This document shows positions 48,369 to 59,115 of a DNA stretch of 64,000 bases, piece by piece (the stretch's first letter is position 1; every line of letters begins with the position of its first letter). The position numbers and the translations under genes are program-made. The notes beneath the pieces were generated by a model. It saw only the letters and a program-made list of their open reading frames with translations. It was not told the DNA's origin and made no database searches. The DNA lies in NCBI GenBank assembly GCA_963847625.1, contig CAWKAR010000050.1, forward strand, positions 64,001 through 128,000, read 5' to 3'. The DNA comes from a candidate division FCPU426 bacterium (GTDB taxonomy: Bacteria > Oederibacteriota > Muellerivitia > Muellerivitales > Muellerivitaceae).

Positions 48369-49172
48369 ATGGAACCCATGATCGAAGTTCGCGGCCTCAC
48401 CAAGAGCTTTAAGGAAGTCCGCGCCGTTCAAAACGTGAGTTTTGACGTTGCCCGGGGGGAATGTTTCGCCCTTCTGGGCCCGAACGGCGCCGGAAAAAGC
48501 ACCACCATCAAGATGCTCATCACCCTGCTTTCCCCGGACTCGGGAGAGGCGCGGGTGAACGGTTTTTCCCTGAGGCAAGAACCTTCACACGTCCGCGAAT
48601 CCATCGGTTATGTTCCCCAATCCCTGTCGGTGGACGGCGCCCTGACGGGCAGGGAAAACCTCATGATTTTCGGCAGGCTTTACGGGCTGGGAAACGCCCA
48701 ACTGAAAGAAAGGGTCCCGCGCATCCTGGCCATGATGGACTTAACCGAGGCGGCCAACCGGCCCGTGGCCCACTATTCTGGCGGTATGGTGCGGCGCCTG
48801 GAAATCGGCCAGTCCATTTTGCACCGTCCGGCGGTGGTGTTTTTGGACGAACCCACCGTGGGCCTGGACCCGGTGGCCCGCAACACCCTCTGGGGGCACA
48901 TCCGGGAACTGCGCAAGGAATACGGAACAACCATATTGATGACCACCCATTACATGGAGGAAGCCCAGGAATTGTGCGACCGCATCGCCATCATGAACCG
49001 GGGGCGCATCGAGGTGATGGGCACGCTGAATGAATTACGCCGGAAGGCCCGTATGCCCCGGGCTTCCATGGACGATCTGTTCGTGCATTTCGTGGGGTCG
49101 TTCGAATCCGACGAGCAAGGAGGCTTGGCCCATGTCAAACGCAGCCGCCGTATCGCCAAAAGACTCGGTTAA
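48369..49172 (+). CDS. ABC-2 exporter ATP-binding subunit (DrrA-like)
   Basis: GPNGAGKST, YSGGM, FLDEPTVGLD, TTHYMEEA. Confidence 0.95.
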   Translation: MEPMIEVRGLTKSFKEVRAVQNVSFDVARGECFALLGPNGAGKSTTIKMLITLLSPDSGEARVNGFSLRQEPSHVRESIGYVPQSLSVDGALTGRENLMIFGRLYGLGNAQLKERVPRILAMMDLTEAANRPVAHYSGGMVRRLEIGQSILHRPAVVFLDEPTVGLDPVARNTLWGHIRELRKEYGTTILMTTHYMEEAQELCDRIAIMNRGRIEVMGTLNELRRKARMPRASMDDLFVHFVGSFESDEQGGLAHVKRSRRIAKRLG

Positions 49173-49950
49173 GCGCCGTTCAGCTCCACTTCTTTATCTT
49201 TACCATGTGAGTGTCATCATCGAATTGGAAACCCTCAAAATCACGAAAGACCCCACGGAAGTCCTTTCCCGGAGCATCCAGCCGGTCATTTGGCTCCTGT
49301 TATTCGGAGAGGCTTTCAGCCGCATGAAAGCCGTACCGGTGGCGGGGGGGGATTACATGGCCTTCCTCACCCCGGGCATCCTGGCCCAGTCCATCACTTT
49401 CGTTTCCATCTTCAATGGATTGTCCATCATCTGGGAAAGGGACATGGGGCTGTTGCAGAAAATCCTTACCACGCCGATTGAGCGTTCCGCGCTGGTCCTG
49501 GGAAAGATGCTGGCTTCCACCGTCCGGTCCCTGTGCCAGTTGGTGGTGGTGCTGATCGTGGCCTTTTTCCTGGGCATCCACCTGCAATGGAGCCCGGGCC
49601 GGGTCGCCGGTCTTTTGGGGTTTGTCATCCTGGGGTCGGCCTTTTTTTCCGGGCTCTCCATGGTGATCGCGTCGATCGTGAAGACCCGGGACCGCATGAT
49701 GGGCATCGGCCAGTTGGTGACCATGCCGCTTTTTTTCGCCTCCAGCGCCCTCTATCCCATTTCCATCATGCCGGGCTGGCTCCAGATTTTCGCCAAGGCC
49801 AACCCCATGAGTTACCTCGTGGACGGCCTCAGGGGCCTTTTGTTGGACCCTTCTTACGCTCATGGTTTGCTGGACGGAATGGTCCTGCTGGCCGCGTCGC
49901 TATTGGTCTGGGCCTTGGCCACGCATAAATACCCGAGTCTTTTGACTTAA
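49132..49950 (+). CDS. ABC-2 exporter permease
   Basis: QPVIWLLLFG, FLTPGI, IIWERD, PLFFAS.ALYP, NPMSY. Confidence 0.92.
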   Translation: MSNAAAVSPKDSVKRRSAPLLYLYHVSVIIELETLKITKDPTEVLSRSIQPVIWLLLFGEAFSRMKAVPVAGGDYMAFLTPGILAQSITFVSIFNGLSIIWERDMGLLQKILTTPIERSALVLGKMLASTVRSLCQLVVVLIVAFFLGIHLQWSPGRVAGLLGFVILGSAFFSGLSMVIASIVKTRDRMMGIGQLVTMPLFFASSALYPISIMPGWLQIFAKANPMSYLVDGLRGLLLDPSYAHGLLDGMVLLAASLLVWALATHKYPSLLT

Positions 49951-49976
49951 CCCGCATTAAATTCAAGGAGGGAAGT

Positions 49977-50651
49977 ATGGCACAAGAAATCAAGACCATC
50001 GATTTAGGCATGGTGAATTGTTACCTGGTGAAAACCGACAGGGGTTTTATCCTGATCGACACGGGGATGGCTAATCACCGCGCTGCGCTGGAGAAAGCGC
50101 TGGCGGAAGCGGGGTGCGCCGAGGGGAACCTCCAACTGATCATTCTCACGCACGGGGACATGGATCACACCGGCAACGGCGCCTATCTTCGGGGGAAATA
50201 TAAAACGAAGACCGCCATGCATCCGGGCGACGCCCAGATGTGCTCCAGCGGGCAGATGCGGTGGAACCGGAAGATCACGTCCCTTTTCCACAGGGTCTTT
50301 TTCGGGGTGATGTTCAAACTGGTGATGGGGCCTCGTTTGAAGAAGAATCCATTTGAGACTTTCACGCCGGACCTGTTGCTGAAAGACGGGCAGAGCCTGG
50401 CCGAGTACGGTTTTGACGCCAAGGTGCTTCACGTGCCGGGGCACACCCAGGGTTCGATCGTGATTTTGACGGCGGACGGCCGGATGATCTGCGGGGATAC
50501 CTTCCAGGCCCGGGAAAAACCATCCATCACTTATATCGTCGAAAACGAGGCTGAATTGGCGGCCAGCGTTGAAAGACTCAAAAAGCTGGAGGTCAAGACC
50601 GTCTATCCGGGGCACGGGAAACAGTTTCAAATGGTTGAGTTGTTCAAATAA
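49977..50651 (+). CDS. Metallo-beta-lactamase-fold hydrolase
   Basis: IDTG, THGDMDHTG, PGHT, GD, PGHG. Confidence 0.92.
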   Translation: MAQEIKTIDLGMVNCYLVKTDRGFILIDTGMANHRAALEKALAEAGCAEGNLQLIILTHGDMDHTGNGAYLRGKYKTKTAMHPGDAQMCSSGQMRWNRKITSLFHRVFFGVMFKLVMGPRLKKNPFETFTPDLLLKDGQSLAEYGFDAKVLHVPGHTQGSIVILTADGRMICGDTFQAREKPSITYIVENEAELAASVERLKKLEVKTVYPGHGKQFQMVELFK

Positions 50652-50712
50652 AATGCCGGTAACGTAAAACGGGTTTTGAATTGAAACCTCATTTTAAAAA
50701 AAGGAGTCTCCC

Positions 50713-51684
50713 ATGGAATATACCCGATTAGGCCGCGCCAGGCTCTCTGTGAGCCGCCTCTGCCTGGGAACGATGAATTTCGGTCCCGTCACGCCCGAAT
50801 CCGACAGCTTCGCCATCATGGACAGGGCACAGGATCTCGGCATCAATTTCTTCGACTCGGCCAATGTTTACGGCTGGAAGAAGGGGGAGGGCGTGACCGA
50901 GCAGATCCTCGGGCGGTGGTTCGCCCAGGGCGGCGGCCGCAGGGAAAAAACGGTGCTCGCCACCAAAGTCTACGGGGACATGGGCGACTGGCCCAACACT
51001 TCCCGCCTGTCGGCCCTCCACATCACCAAGGCCTGCGAGGACAGCCTTAAGCGCCTGAAGACCGACTACATCGACCTCTACCAGATGCACCACGTGGACC
51101 TGGAGGCGCCCTGGGAGGAAGTCTGGCAGGCCATAGAAAACCTAGTCCGGGCGGGCAAGGTGCTCTACGTGGGGAGCAGTAATTTCGCGGCGTGGAACAT
51201 CGTGCAGGCCAACGAGGCGGCGAGGAACAGGCATTTCATGGGTCTTATCTCGGAACAAAGCCACTACAACCTCAAGACCCGCATGGTCGAGCTCGAGGTT
51301 CTGCCCGCCTGCCGCGCCTACGGTTTGGGCGTCATCCCCTGGAGCCCCCTGGCCGGCGGTTTGCTGGGAGGCGTCCTGAAAAAAGCCAATGAAGGGCGGC
51401 GCAAGGACCCGAGGGTGCAAAACGAGTTGAAGGCGAACCATGCCAAGTACGCGGCCTGGGAAAAGCTGTGCGCGCGCCTGCATGAGGAACCCGCGAACGT
51501 GGCCCTGGCCTGGCTTCTGCATCAGGAGGGTGTGACCGCGTCCATTATCGGGCCGCGCACCATGGCCCAGCTCGAAGGGAGCCAGCGGGCGCTCAAGATC
51601 AAGCTCTCCCCCGACACGCTGAAGAAAATCGACGCAATTTTTCCGGGCCCGGGAGGCGCGGCGCCTAAAGCGTACGCGTGGTAA
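50713..51684 (+). CDS. Aldo/keto reductase
   Basis: LCLGTMNFG, FDSANVY, LATK, DYIDLYQMH, PWSPL, IIGPR. Confidence 0.95.
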   Translation: MEYTRLGRARLSVSRLCLGTMNFGPVTPESDSFAIMDRAQDLGINFFDSANVYGWKKGEGVTEQILGRWFAQGGGRREKTVLATKVYGDMGDWPNTSRLSALHITKACEDSLKRLKTDYIDLYQMHHVDLEAPWEEVWQAIENLVRAGKVLYVGSSNFAAWNIVQANEAARNRHFMGLISEQSHYNLKTRMVELEVLPACRAYGLGVIPWSPLAGGLLGGVLKKANEGRRKDPRVQNELKANHAKYAAWEKLCARLHEEPANVALAWLLHQEGVTASIIGPRTMAQLEGSQRALKIKLSPDTLKKIDAIFPGPGGAAPKAYAW

Positions 51685-51958
51685 AAATAACCTTTGATGT
51701 CGTTTAGTGAGACCGGGGGAAAACTAAGTCACTCAGCGATGTGAGGTTTTAATAACGAGGATGACATCCGGGAACCCCGAAAAGTCCATAAAAAGGGTCT
51801 TTTTCAACGGTCTGTTATTGTTTTTTCCCGTTATTTTCACGAGAATTTTGTCGTAAAATACTCGCCTGTTTTTCACAATCCAATTCGATTCCGACAACAC
51901 CTTTCTCCTCCCCCTCCGGAATAATGAGTTTGTTATTTTCACTTTGAACGGGTAATCC

Positions 51959-53851
51959 ATGAGCCTTCGTTCGATGTTTAGCGCTGTTTCAGGCCTCCAA
52001 TCCGACAGCAACTGGTTGGACGTGATTGGGAACAACATCTCGAACACGAACACCGTCGGGTATAAATCCAGCCGGGTGGGGTTCGCCGACCAATACAGCC
52101 AGAGCCTGTTCGGGGGGTCGGGGGATAACACTTCCAACGGCTTAGGGGGGGTCAATCCGATGGAAGTCGGATTGGGCACGAGATTGGAGTCCATTGAAAC
52201 CCTCTTTACCCAAGGGGTGACCCAATCCACAGGGAATCCCTTGGATGTTTCCATCCAAGGGAATGGTTTCCTCCTGGCCAAGCAGGACGGCAACACCTAC
52301 CTGACCCGGTCGGGCGTTCTCAGTTTCGACAGCCAGGGGTACCTGACCGACCAGAACGGGGGGCTGATCCAGGGTTATAGCTCTTCCCTCCAAGAACAAA
52401 CGACAGTCATCAACTCATTCTCCAACATCCCCGGATCGCCCGCGGTGACCATCAGTTCTTCCCTGGTAGTCGATAGCAGCAATCCCACCAGCATCTCGAA
52501 TATTCAGATCAGTAACAACTTGGTTTTACCTGCCAAACCCACGACCGAGATTGATTTCCAGGGGAACCTGGACTCTTTACAACAGGCCGCCAATCCCGGA
52601 GGAATCCTGGACATGGCCCCCGGGGGACAGCCGGTTCTTCCAATCGCGTGGAACGCCTACTTTTTTCCGCCGGGAATCGCGATGGACTCCACCCGTTTGG
52701 TGCCGACAGTCATTCCAGGCGGGGGATACCCCAACTTTGGCCAGGATTTCGCCTTCCAGCAAGTCAGTAATCTTTCCGCGACCGTGGCCTTTCCCATCTT
52801 GAACGGGGGCATTGACTTGGCCGGGATGATTGGATTGGGCGGTAATTACGCCTGGGAACAGCAACCCCCCATGCCTCCCGCCGACCAGGCTGCGATCCAG
52901 GTTTACGATTCCCTGGGAAATCCCCGGCAGATCACCCTGCAGTTCTACCAGATCGACGATCTTGGGGGAGGGGGCGTCAATAATCCCGCCGGCCCCAACC
53001 AGGTCTGTTACGCCTGGTACGCCTTCGATACGACCGGCGGAGTCCCGGTCAAGACATCGAACCTTTTGGGAGGAACGGGTATCGTCGAAGGCGAGCAATT
53101 GCCGCCCTTCAACAGTTGGGTTTACGACCGTGGGATCCCAAACAACATCTACATGGGGGATTTCGTTTGGTTCAACACCGACGGCTCCCTGGCTACCACC
53201 GGAGGAAGCGGGGGGCCGGACAATACCCCGCCGGGCGTTCCCAATTTCATGACGGTTCCGCGCCTGTACCTGCCGCCATTCAACACCAACCCGGCCACTT
53301 CCCCCCTGCCCACCCAGGGCGCGGGAATCGATGCCATCAGTCTTAATTTCGGTGCTTTCGGTGTTTTAGGCACGGGGCGGCGCAACGGCCTCTATAGCGA
53401 CGCGGAGGGAAGCTACCAGATCGTCAACGGGATCAGTACTTATGTCCCCAAGTCGACCGCCGCGGCCGTCTCGCAAAACGGGTATCCGGACGGGCTCCTT
53501 CAAAGCATGGATTTCCAGGAGGACGGGGTCCTGATGGGCAGTTTCTCGAACGGGCAAAAAACCGCCCTCGCCCAAGTGGCCCTGGCCAACGTCGAGAATG
53601 CCGAAGGGCTTGATAAGGTGGGGAGCAATTATTTTTCAACCTCGACCAATACCGGGGAATTCATCTTGGGCGTGGCGGGGAAGAACGGGTTCGGGTTGGT
53701 GCAAGGCGGGACCCTGGAAAGGTCCAACGTCGACCTTTCCACCGAAATGGTCAGCCTGATCCAGGCTCAACGGAGTTTCAACTCCAACGCCCGGGCGATG
53801 GCGTCTACGGTGGAAACCATGAGCACCCAGGAAAAGCTGGGCCAGCAATAA
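51959..53851 (+). CDS. flgE: Flagellar hook protein FlgE-family protein with large central insertion
   Basis: SAVSGL..DVIGNNISNTNTVGYK, TGNPLDVSIQGNGF, YLTRSG, VYDSLG, QNGYPDG, GTLERSNVDLSTEM..IQAQR. Confidence 0.85.
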   Translation: MSLRSMFSAVSGLQSDSNWLDVIGNNISNTNTVGYKSSRVGFADQYSQSLFGGSGDNTSNGLGGVNPMEVGLGTRLESIETLFTQGVTQSTGNPLDVSIQGNGFLLAKQDGNTYLTRSGVLSFDSQGYLTDQNGGLIQGYSSSLQEQTTVINSFSNIPGSPAVTISSSLVVDSSNPTSISNIQISNNLVLPAKPTTEIDFQGNLDSLQQAANPGGILDMAPGGQPVLPIAWNAYFFPPGIAMDSTRLVPTVIPGGGYPNFGQDFAFQQVSNLSATVAFPILNGGIDLAGMIGLGGNYAWEQQPPMPPADQAAIQVYDSLGNPRQITLQFYQIDDLGGGGVNNPAGPNQVCYAWYAFDTTGGVPVKTSNLLGGTGIVEGEQLPPFNSWVYDRGIPNNIYMGDFVWFNTDGSLATTGGSGGPDNTPPGVPNFMTVPRLYLPPFNTNPATSPLPTQGAGIDAISLNFGAFGVLGTGRRNGLYSDAEGSYQIVNGISTYVPKSTAAAVSQNGYPDGLLQSMDFQEDGVLMGSFSNGQKTALAQVALANVENAEGLDKVGSNYFSTSTNTGEFILGVAGKNGFGLVQGGTLERSNVDLSTEMVSLIQAQRSFNSNARAMASTVETMSTQEKLGQQ

Positions 53852-54202
53852 AGCTTACCCTATCATAGTGCCACCTATCCACATCCCGTTAATACCTAGG
53901 TTTTCCACTGCTATCACCTGTCTAAACCCCGTAACCCAGTTCACGTGGCCGTTGACCTGCCCGCATTTGCCGGAAACACTGCCCGCAGGTGCCGGGTTGC
54001 CTGTCGCTCTTGAACTCGAGAAAGTGCCATTGTTTGTTTACGGCACATCCGGGTTAAAGTGATGCATGATGCACCTCTGGTTCAGAGCGGCCGTGGGCCC
54101 TGGCGCGGGGCTGACTGGTCTTTCTTCTGGGTGTGTCATTGCTTCAAGGGCTGGGCTCCGATATCCTTAGAGCGCTTGATAAATCCATGAGGGGGGAAAA
54201 TC

Positions 54203-54817
54203 ATGAACATTCCAAACAAAGGACGGATAAGCCTTTTGGTTTTGTTTTCACTGGGCGCCTTGTTTTTTTCCGGCTGCGCCCCTGCGGTGAAGCAGATCAA
54301 AGAATTAGTCGCTTTTTCCAAGTGTCAGTTCAGGATGGTCTCGGTGGAAAAAACGACCTTGGCCGCCTTCGCCCTCCAAGGCGGCCAAATTATCGACATC
54401 GAACCCTACACCCTGATGAACCTCCAGCAGGCCTATACAGCGGGCTCCTTGCCGCTCCAATTCACGCTCAACCTGGAGGTGAAGAACCCGAACGCCTTCC
54501 CGGCAGGCATGAACCGCATGGATTGGATCCTCTTGCTGGACAACAACCAAGTGGCTTCCGGCATGTTGGAGCCATCCATGGAAATCCCCCCCAACAACGG
54601 GACCAAGACCTTTCCCCTCGTCGTCAGCTTTGACCTGGTCAAGGCGCTTTCGGGGAAAACCTTGGATTCAATGGTCAACCTGGCCATGAACATAGCCGGG
54701 AAGGGAACCTGGCCGTCCCAGGTGACTTTCCAGGTTAAACCCGGCATCTTGATCGAGGGCCAAATGTTGGAATATCCCGGCTATGTCACAGTCAGCCAAG
54801 ATTTCCCCGCGCAATAA
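54203..54817 (+). CDS. LEA_2/WHy-domain lipoprotein
   Basis: Lipobox FSGC; LEVKNPN motif. Confidence 0.8.
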   Translation: MNIPNKGRISLLVLFSLGALFFSGCAPAVKQIKELVAFSKCQFRMVSVEKTTLAAFALQGGQIIDIEPYTLMNLQQAYTAGSLPLQFTLNLEVKNPNAFPAGMNRMDWILLLDNNQVASGMLEPSMEIPPNNGTKTFPLVVSFDLVKALSGKTLDSMVNLAMNIAGKGTWPSQVTFQVKPGILIEGQMLEYPGYVTVSQDFPAQ

Positions 54818-55349
54818 AGCTGAAAAGACGGGAAATTTTTCCCGCGGGAAAAATTTAAAAAAGCACTTCTTCATTTTTTCTGCCGGGATCATAGCTGTCT
54901 AAATTAGCCGAAATCGAAGACGGCTTGTTTGGGGATTGGGAAGCCGTCCCATGAGACCCTGAAGGGCTGGTTGAGCCAATCACCTACTGCCTTGGCGGGC
55001 TTTTTCATAGGCGACCCCTTGTTCCCACCCATCAACAGCCAAGCGAGTGAGCCCATTCAGCCTTCCATCACCGTTTCTTCGTCCCCGGAGCAAGCGCAAA
55101 TCCCCCGAAAGAAACCTGGCCCTCCGGCCTGAAAAACCTGTTCAAGAAGCTGATTGAAGACTAAGGGAATGGGTTTACCGGACCCCAACCGGGGTTCCTA
55201 GAGCCCCCATGGGAAATCAAACAGTTACCGGCGAATCGGGTTAAAGATTCGTAGGATTAGGCAAGTATTTTAACGCCCCATTTCCTATCATTCTCCCATG
55301 ACGCTAAGGAAATCCTCGAAGCCATAACGTTAGAAAAGGAAAGCCGGCA

Positions 55350-55859
55350 ATGAATAGAACTCCATCGCAGACAAATCCAAGCGCAAAGAAGATCCTTGTG
55401 GCTTATTTCTCCCGTTCGGGAAACACCCGTGAAATCGCCAAACAAATCCACGGTTTGGTGGGAGGCGAGATATTTGAAATCGTAAACGCCAATCCTTATC
55501 CGACAGACTATGACGCGACCGTAGAGCGTGCACGGAAAGAACTGGAGGAGTCTTATAGGCCAAAACTCAAGTTCAAACTGGAAAATGCGAAGTCATACGA
55601 CATCATCTTTCTCGGCTATCCGGACTGGTGGAGCACGTTTCCAATGCCCGTAGCAACATTCCTGGCGGAAAATGATTTTTCCGGAAAGGCCATCGCCCCT
55701 TTTTGCACGCATGAAGGGAGCCAATTGGGCAGAAGCATCGCGGATATCGCCAAGTTATGCCCGAGATCGAAAATCCTGGATGGACTTGCCATTCGGGGCG
55801 GAAGAGTTAAAAACGCCCAGGATGACGTGGCTAAATGGGTCAAGAGGCTGGGGCTATAG
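55350..55859 (+). CDS. Flavodoxin
   Basis: AYFSRSGNTR, GYPDWW, PFCTHEGS. Confidence 0.92.
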   Translation: MNRTPSQTNPSAKKILVAYFSRSGNTREIAKQIHGLVGGEIFEIVNANPYPTDYDATVERARKELEESYRPKLKFKLENAKSYDIIFLGYPDWWSTFPMPVATFLAENDFSGKAIAPFCTHEGSQLGRSIADIAKLCPRSKILDGLAIRGGRVKNAQDDVAKWVKRLGL

Positions 55860-56026
55860 AGAACGGCCGGTTCTTCGGCGGCGCGACCACCAAGGACATC
55901 GCCAAGTTGCGCGAACAAATGGTTGGAGTGGGTGAAGTTTAAGGAGCGTTGGATTGTTTTGGAACATGGCGAAGACGCGGGTTCATGGCTATACTTCTAG
56001 CCGCCTATTCCTCAACGGAGGTTTAT

Positions 56027-57316
56027 ATGCGGAAATTCCCCTTATTTATTCTCGCGGCGGCTGTCCTGCTATGTTTCGGCGGATGCTTTCCAAACTTTCG
56101 CCCCAAGCCCATGCGGCTGGCCGTCTATACCTCCGATCCCGCGATCCTGAAAATCCTCAACGACAACCTGCGGGCCATCGAGGGCCGGCATCCGGGCATG
56201 AAGGTCGAGTTGGTGAACATCCCCTACAACAACTTCCAGGACAAGATCACCACCATGATGGCTGGCGGAAACGCGCCGGACGTCATCAGCCTGGACGTCA
56301 ACAACTTCGTGGAACTGTACCTCCGGGGCGTCCTGGAGGACCTGACGCCCTACTTCAAAAAGGACGGCATGGACGCGAAGGCTTTTTATCCCACGGTCCT
56401 CAACCGCTTCAGCCCCGGCGGCAAGCTTTACGCCCTGCCGAGCGACCTGGCGCCCTTCGGGCTGGTGTACTACAACAAGAAAATATTCGACGAGGCGGGG
56501 GTGCCTTACCCCACCTCCAAGTGGTCCTGGCCGGAGCCATTCCTTTCCATCTGCAAGAAGCTGGTGAAAAAGGACGCCAACGGCAAGATCGTGCGGTGGG
56601 CCTGGGGCGATCCCTACGGCACCGAGGCCAACCCCTTTTTCCTGAGCGACGGCGGCTATTTCACCGACAGCGAAACCAACCCCACCCGCCTGGCCTTGGA
56701 CAGCCCCCAGGCCCTGGAGTCCTTCGGCTTCCGCTGGGACCTGATCTGGACCTACCATGTTTCCCCGGAGCCCGCCCAAATCCAGGCCTTTAATTTCGGG
56801 CCCGGCGCGGAGAGCATGTTCGTCAACGGCCAGGTCGCCATGATGCCTTCCGGCATCTGGCACACCCCCAATTTCCTTTTGCACAAGGACCTGTCCTTCG
56901 ACGTGGTGGAATTTCCCTGGGGCCCCCACCATACCCGCGGCTGGGGCTGCGGCGGGGCGGGATATGCCGTGTGGTTGGGCGCCAAGGACAAGGAAAAGGC
57001 CTGGATCCTGGTGAAGGAGATGGCGGGGGAGGAGACCTTGGCCAGGCTGGCCAACACCGGCTTGATCCAGCCCGCCCTGGTCCAGGTGGCCAAGTCGGAC
57101 GCTTTCCTGAAGAGCCCAGGCCCGGCGCACAAGAGCATCCTCCTGGACATGCCCCCCTACGCGCATTTTGCCCCCTTCATCAAGAACTGGGGGGAAATCT
57201 GGTACGGCTCGGTGGGACCGGCCCTGGACCCCTGCTGGCTGGGGGAGAAAAAGCCGTCGGAAGTCCTGCCCAAGCTGACAGCGGATATAAATAAGAAGTT
57301 CTTTTCAAAACAATAG
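56027..57316 (+). CDS. Sugar ABC transporter substrate-binding lipoprotein
   Basis: Lipobox FGGC, GNAPDV, KLYALP, YYNKKIFDEAGV, GQVAM; GGAGG RBS. Confidence 0.9.
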   Translation: MRKFPLFILAAAVLLCFGGCFPNFRPKPMRLAVYTSDPAILKILNDNLRAIEGRHPGMKVELVNIPYNNFQDKITTMMAGGNAPDVISLDVNNFVELYLRGVLEDLTPYFKKDGMDAKAFYPTVLNRFSPGGKLYALPSDLAPFGLVYYNKKIFDEAGVPYPTSKWSWPEPFLSICKKLVKKDANGKIVRWAWGDPYGTEANPFFLSDGGYFTDSETNPTRLALDSPQALESFGFRWDLIWTYHVSPEPAQIQAFNFGPGAESMFVNGQVAMMPSGIWHTPNFLLHKDLSFDVVEFPWGPHHTRGWGCGGAGYAVWLGAKDKEKAWILVKEMAGEETLARLANTGLIQPALVQVAKSDAFLKSPGPAHKSILLDMPPYAHFAPFIKNWGEIWYGSVGPALDPCWLGEKKPSEVLPKLTADINKKFFSKQ

Positions 57317-57380
57317 GCAACCAATAGCATTTAAAATCAACTTTTTCTTTTCAAATATGTATTTTGGGCGATAGCCAGAG

Positions 57381-57815
57381 GTGGGGACCATTTCAAAATA
57401 TTTCAGTGATTTAATTAACATTCTAAAATTTTTCTTGGAAAGTTCAGGACCGTTTTGGATCAAGTTTTCACCTTTCATTGTTCCTTTTATATTGCCTGCG
57501 TGGGGTATTTATCTGGCGAGAAAAAATAAAAAAGTTTTCAATATTCCAGGGAAATTGATTTTGACACTTACCATATTAGGAATGTTTATTTGGGTTTATT
57601 TATTTCTTCATATGGGGAATTATTATTATCACCCATCTTCCTTGAAAGCAATTCAAGATATGCCGTATTTCATCGTTCCGATTGCTTTTTTTTATTTGGG
57701 AATATATTCAGTTTTAGAGAAAAAAGTTTGGCTTAAAATTGCAGGTGTGGCAGTGGCATTATTTGGTTTTATGGGTTTCATTACTCTTTATTATGTAGGT
57801 ATCCCCCCGGGGTGA
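57381..57815 (+). CDS. Hypothetical 4-TM membrane protein (AT-rich)
   Basis: Hydrophobic 144-aa ORF in a low-GC patch. Confidence 0.6.
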   Translation: MGTISKYFSDLINILKFFLESSGPFWIKFSPFIVPFILPAWGIYLARKNKKVFNIPGKLILTLTILGMFIWVYLFLHMGNYYYHPSSLKAIQDMPYFIVPIAFFYLGIYSVLEKKVWLKIAGVAVALFGFMGFITLYYVGIPPG

Positions 57816-57899
57816 CTCTTCTCGTGATGATGAATTAAAAAATTATATCTATTAACCAGTGTGGGCCGCAGTTCGCGGCTCGCGGACAGGGTGGCGACG

Positions 57900-58973
57900 A
57901 TGAAGGCACTGATGCTGTTGACCGCGCTGGCGGGGGCGAGCGTCTGCTCCGCGCAGACCCAATACGTGAAGGACATGGACGGGAAAGATTATTTCCCGAT
58001 CGGCGTGAACTACGCCTGGAAGGATTGGGGCGTGGATTTCGCGGACCAGGGCTGGGAGGCGCGGTTCCAGAAGATCCAGGCGGACTTCGACCTGATGAAG
58101 GCGCGGGGTGTTCGCACCCTGCGCTGGTGGATCTTCACCGATTTCGTGACCTCCCCCCTGTGGGAAGGAGAGGGGACGGATCGCCGTTGTGCGGGCCTGC
58201 CCGAGGGCTGGGTGAAGAATTTCATGAAGGCGGTGGAGGCGGCCCATGCGAGGGGCATCCGGCTTTATCCCGTATTCTCGTCCTTTGACTTGGGGCGCAA
58301 GGGCTTCATGGAAGTGGTTTCGGACAAGGCCGTGCGCAAGAGTTTCATCGAGAACGCGGTGCGGCCCCTGCTTAAGGCCGCGGGCAACAACGAGGGCATT
58401 TTCGCCTGGGACATCATCAACGAGCCGGAATGGCTGGTGCGCCATGAGGATGGCGGCGACCCGAACAAGGAACTCACCCACGCGCCGGCTAAGCTCGCCG
58501 AGTTGCGCGAATACATCAAGGACATGGCCAAGGAGGTCCACACGCGGGCCAAACAGCCCGTGAGCGTGGGCAGCGCGGGCCTGAAATGGTGCGGCTGGCA
58601 GTACGACTTCTACTCGGGCCTGGGGCTCGACTTCTTCGACGCGCACTATTACGACTGGATGACCCCCTGGTTCGACGTCACGACCATCCCCAAAGCGAGC
58701 CTGGCGAAATTGAACGCCGAGTACGGCGCCAAGCCGATCATCGTGGGGGAGTGCATTTCCCAGCCCGAGACCCAGTACACGGGCAAGAACAAGCCCACGG
58801 ATCATTTCCGAATGTTGCAGAACATTATTCAGATGGGCTACGCGGGCTACCTTCCCTGGGCCTGGGACGAGAAGCCGGAGGGGGACTGTTCCAAGTCCAT
58901 CGACCCCCACCTCAACCGCGCGCTGAAGGAACTGAAGCTTCCCGGCCAGGCCCCAAACATGAATGAATTATAA
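57900..58973 (+). CDS. Secreted clan GH-A glycoside hydrolase (GH5-like, possibly beta-mannanase)
   Basis: Signal peptide, GVNYAW, LRWW, WDIINEPE (acid/base), HYY, IIVGE (nucleophile), PWAW. Confidence 0.85.
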   Translation: MKALMLLTALAGASVCSAQTQYVKDMDGKDYFPIGVNYAWKDWGVDFADQGWEARFQKIQADFDLMKARGVRTLRWWIFTDFVTSPLWEGEGTDRRCAGLPEGWVKNFMKAVEAAHARGIRLYPVFSSFDLGRKGFMEVVSDKAVRKSFIENAVRPLLKAAGNNEGIFAWDIINEPEWLVRHEDGGDPNKELTHAPAKLAELREYIKDMAKEVHTRAKQPVSVGSAGLKWCGWQYDFYSGLGLDFFDAHYYDWMTPWFDVTTIPKASLAKLNAEYGAKPIIVGECISQPETQYTGKNKPTDHFRMLQNIIQMGYAGYLPWAWDEKPEGDCSKSIDPHLNRALKELKLPGQAPNMNEL

Positions 58974-59115
58974 ATTCTCAATTTTAAATTTTGAATTTCA
59001 GGTAAATCCAATGCATCTGTCCCCCCCTTTGGCCCAAAGGGCAAAAGATTATATTGGACAGGTGTAAGTTTTTTATTCCATAACCAGTTTTAACGTCCAG
59101 TCCGGGGAGCAAATT

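Noticed and set aside
53868..54110. Small ORF or gene remnant after flgE
   Set aside because: No RBS or recognisable motif on either strand
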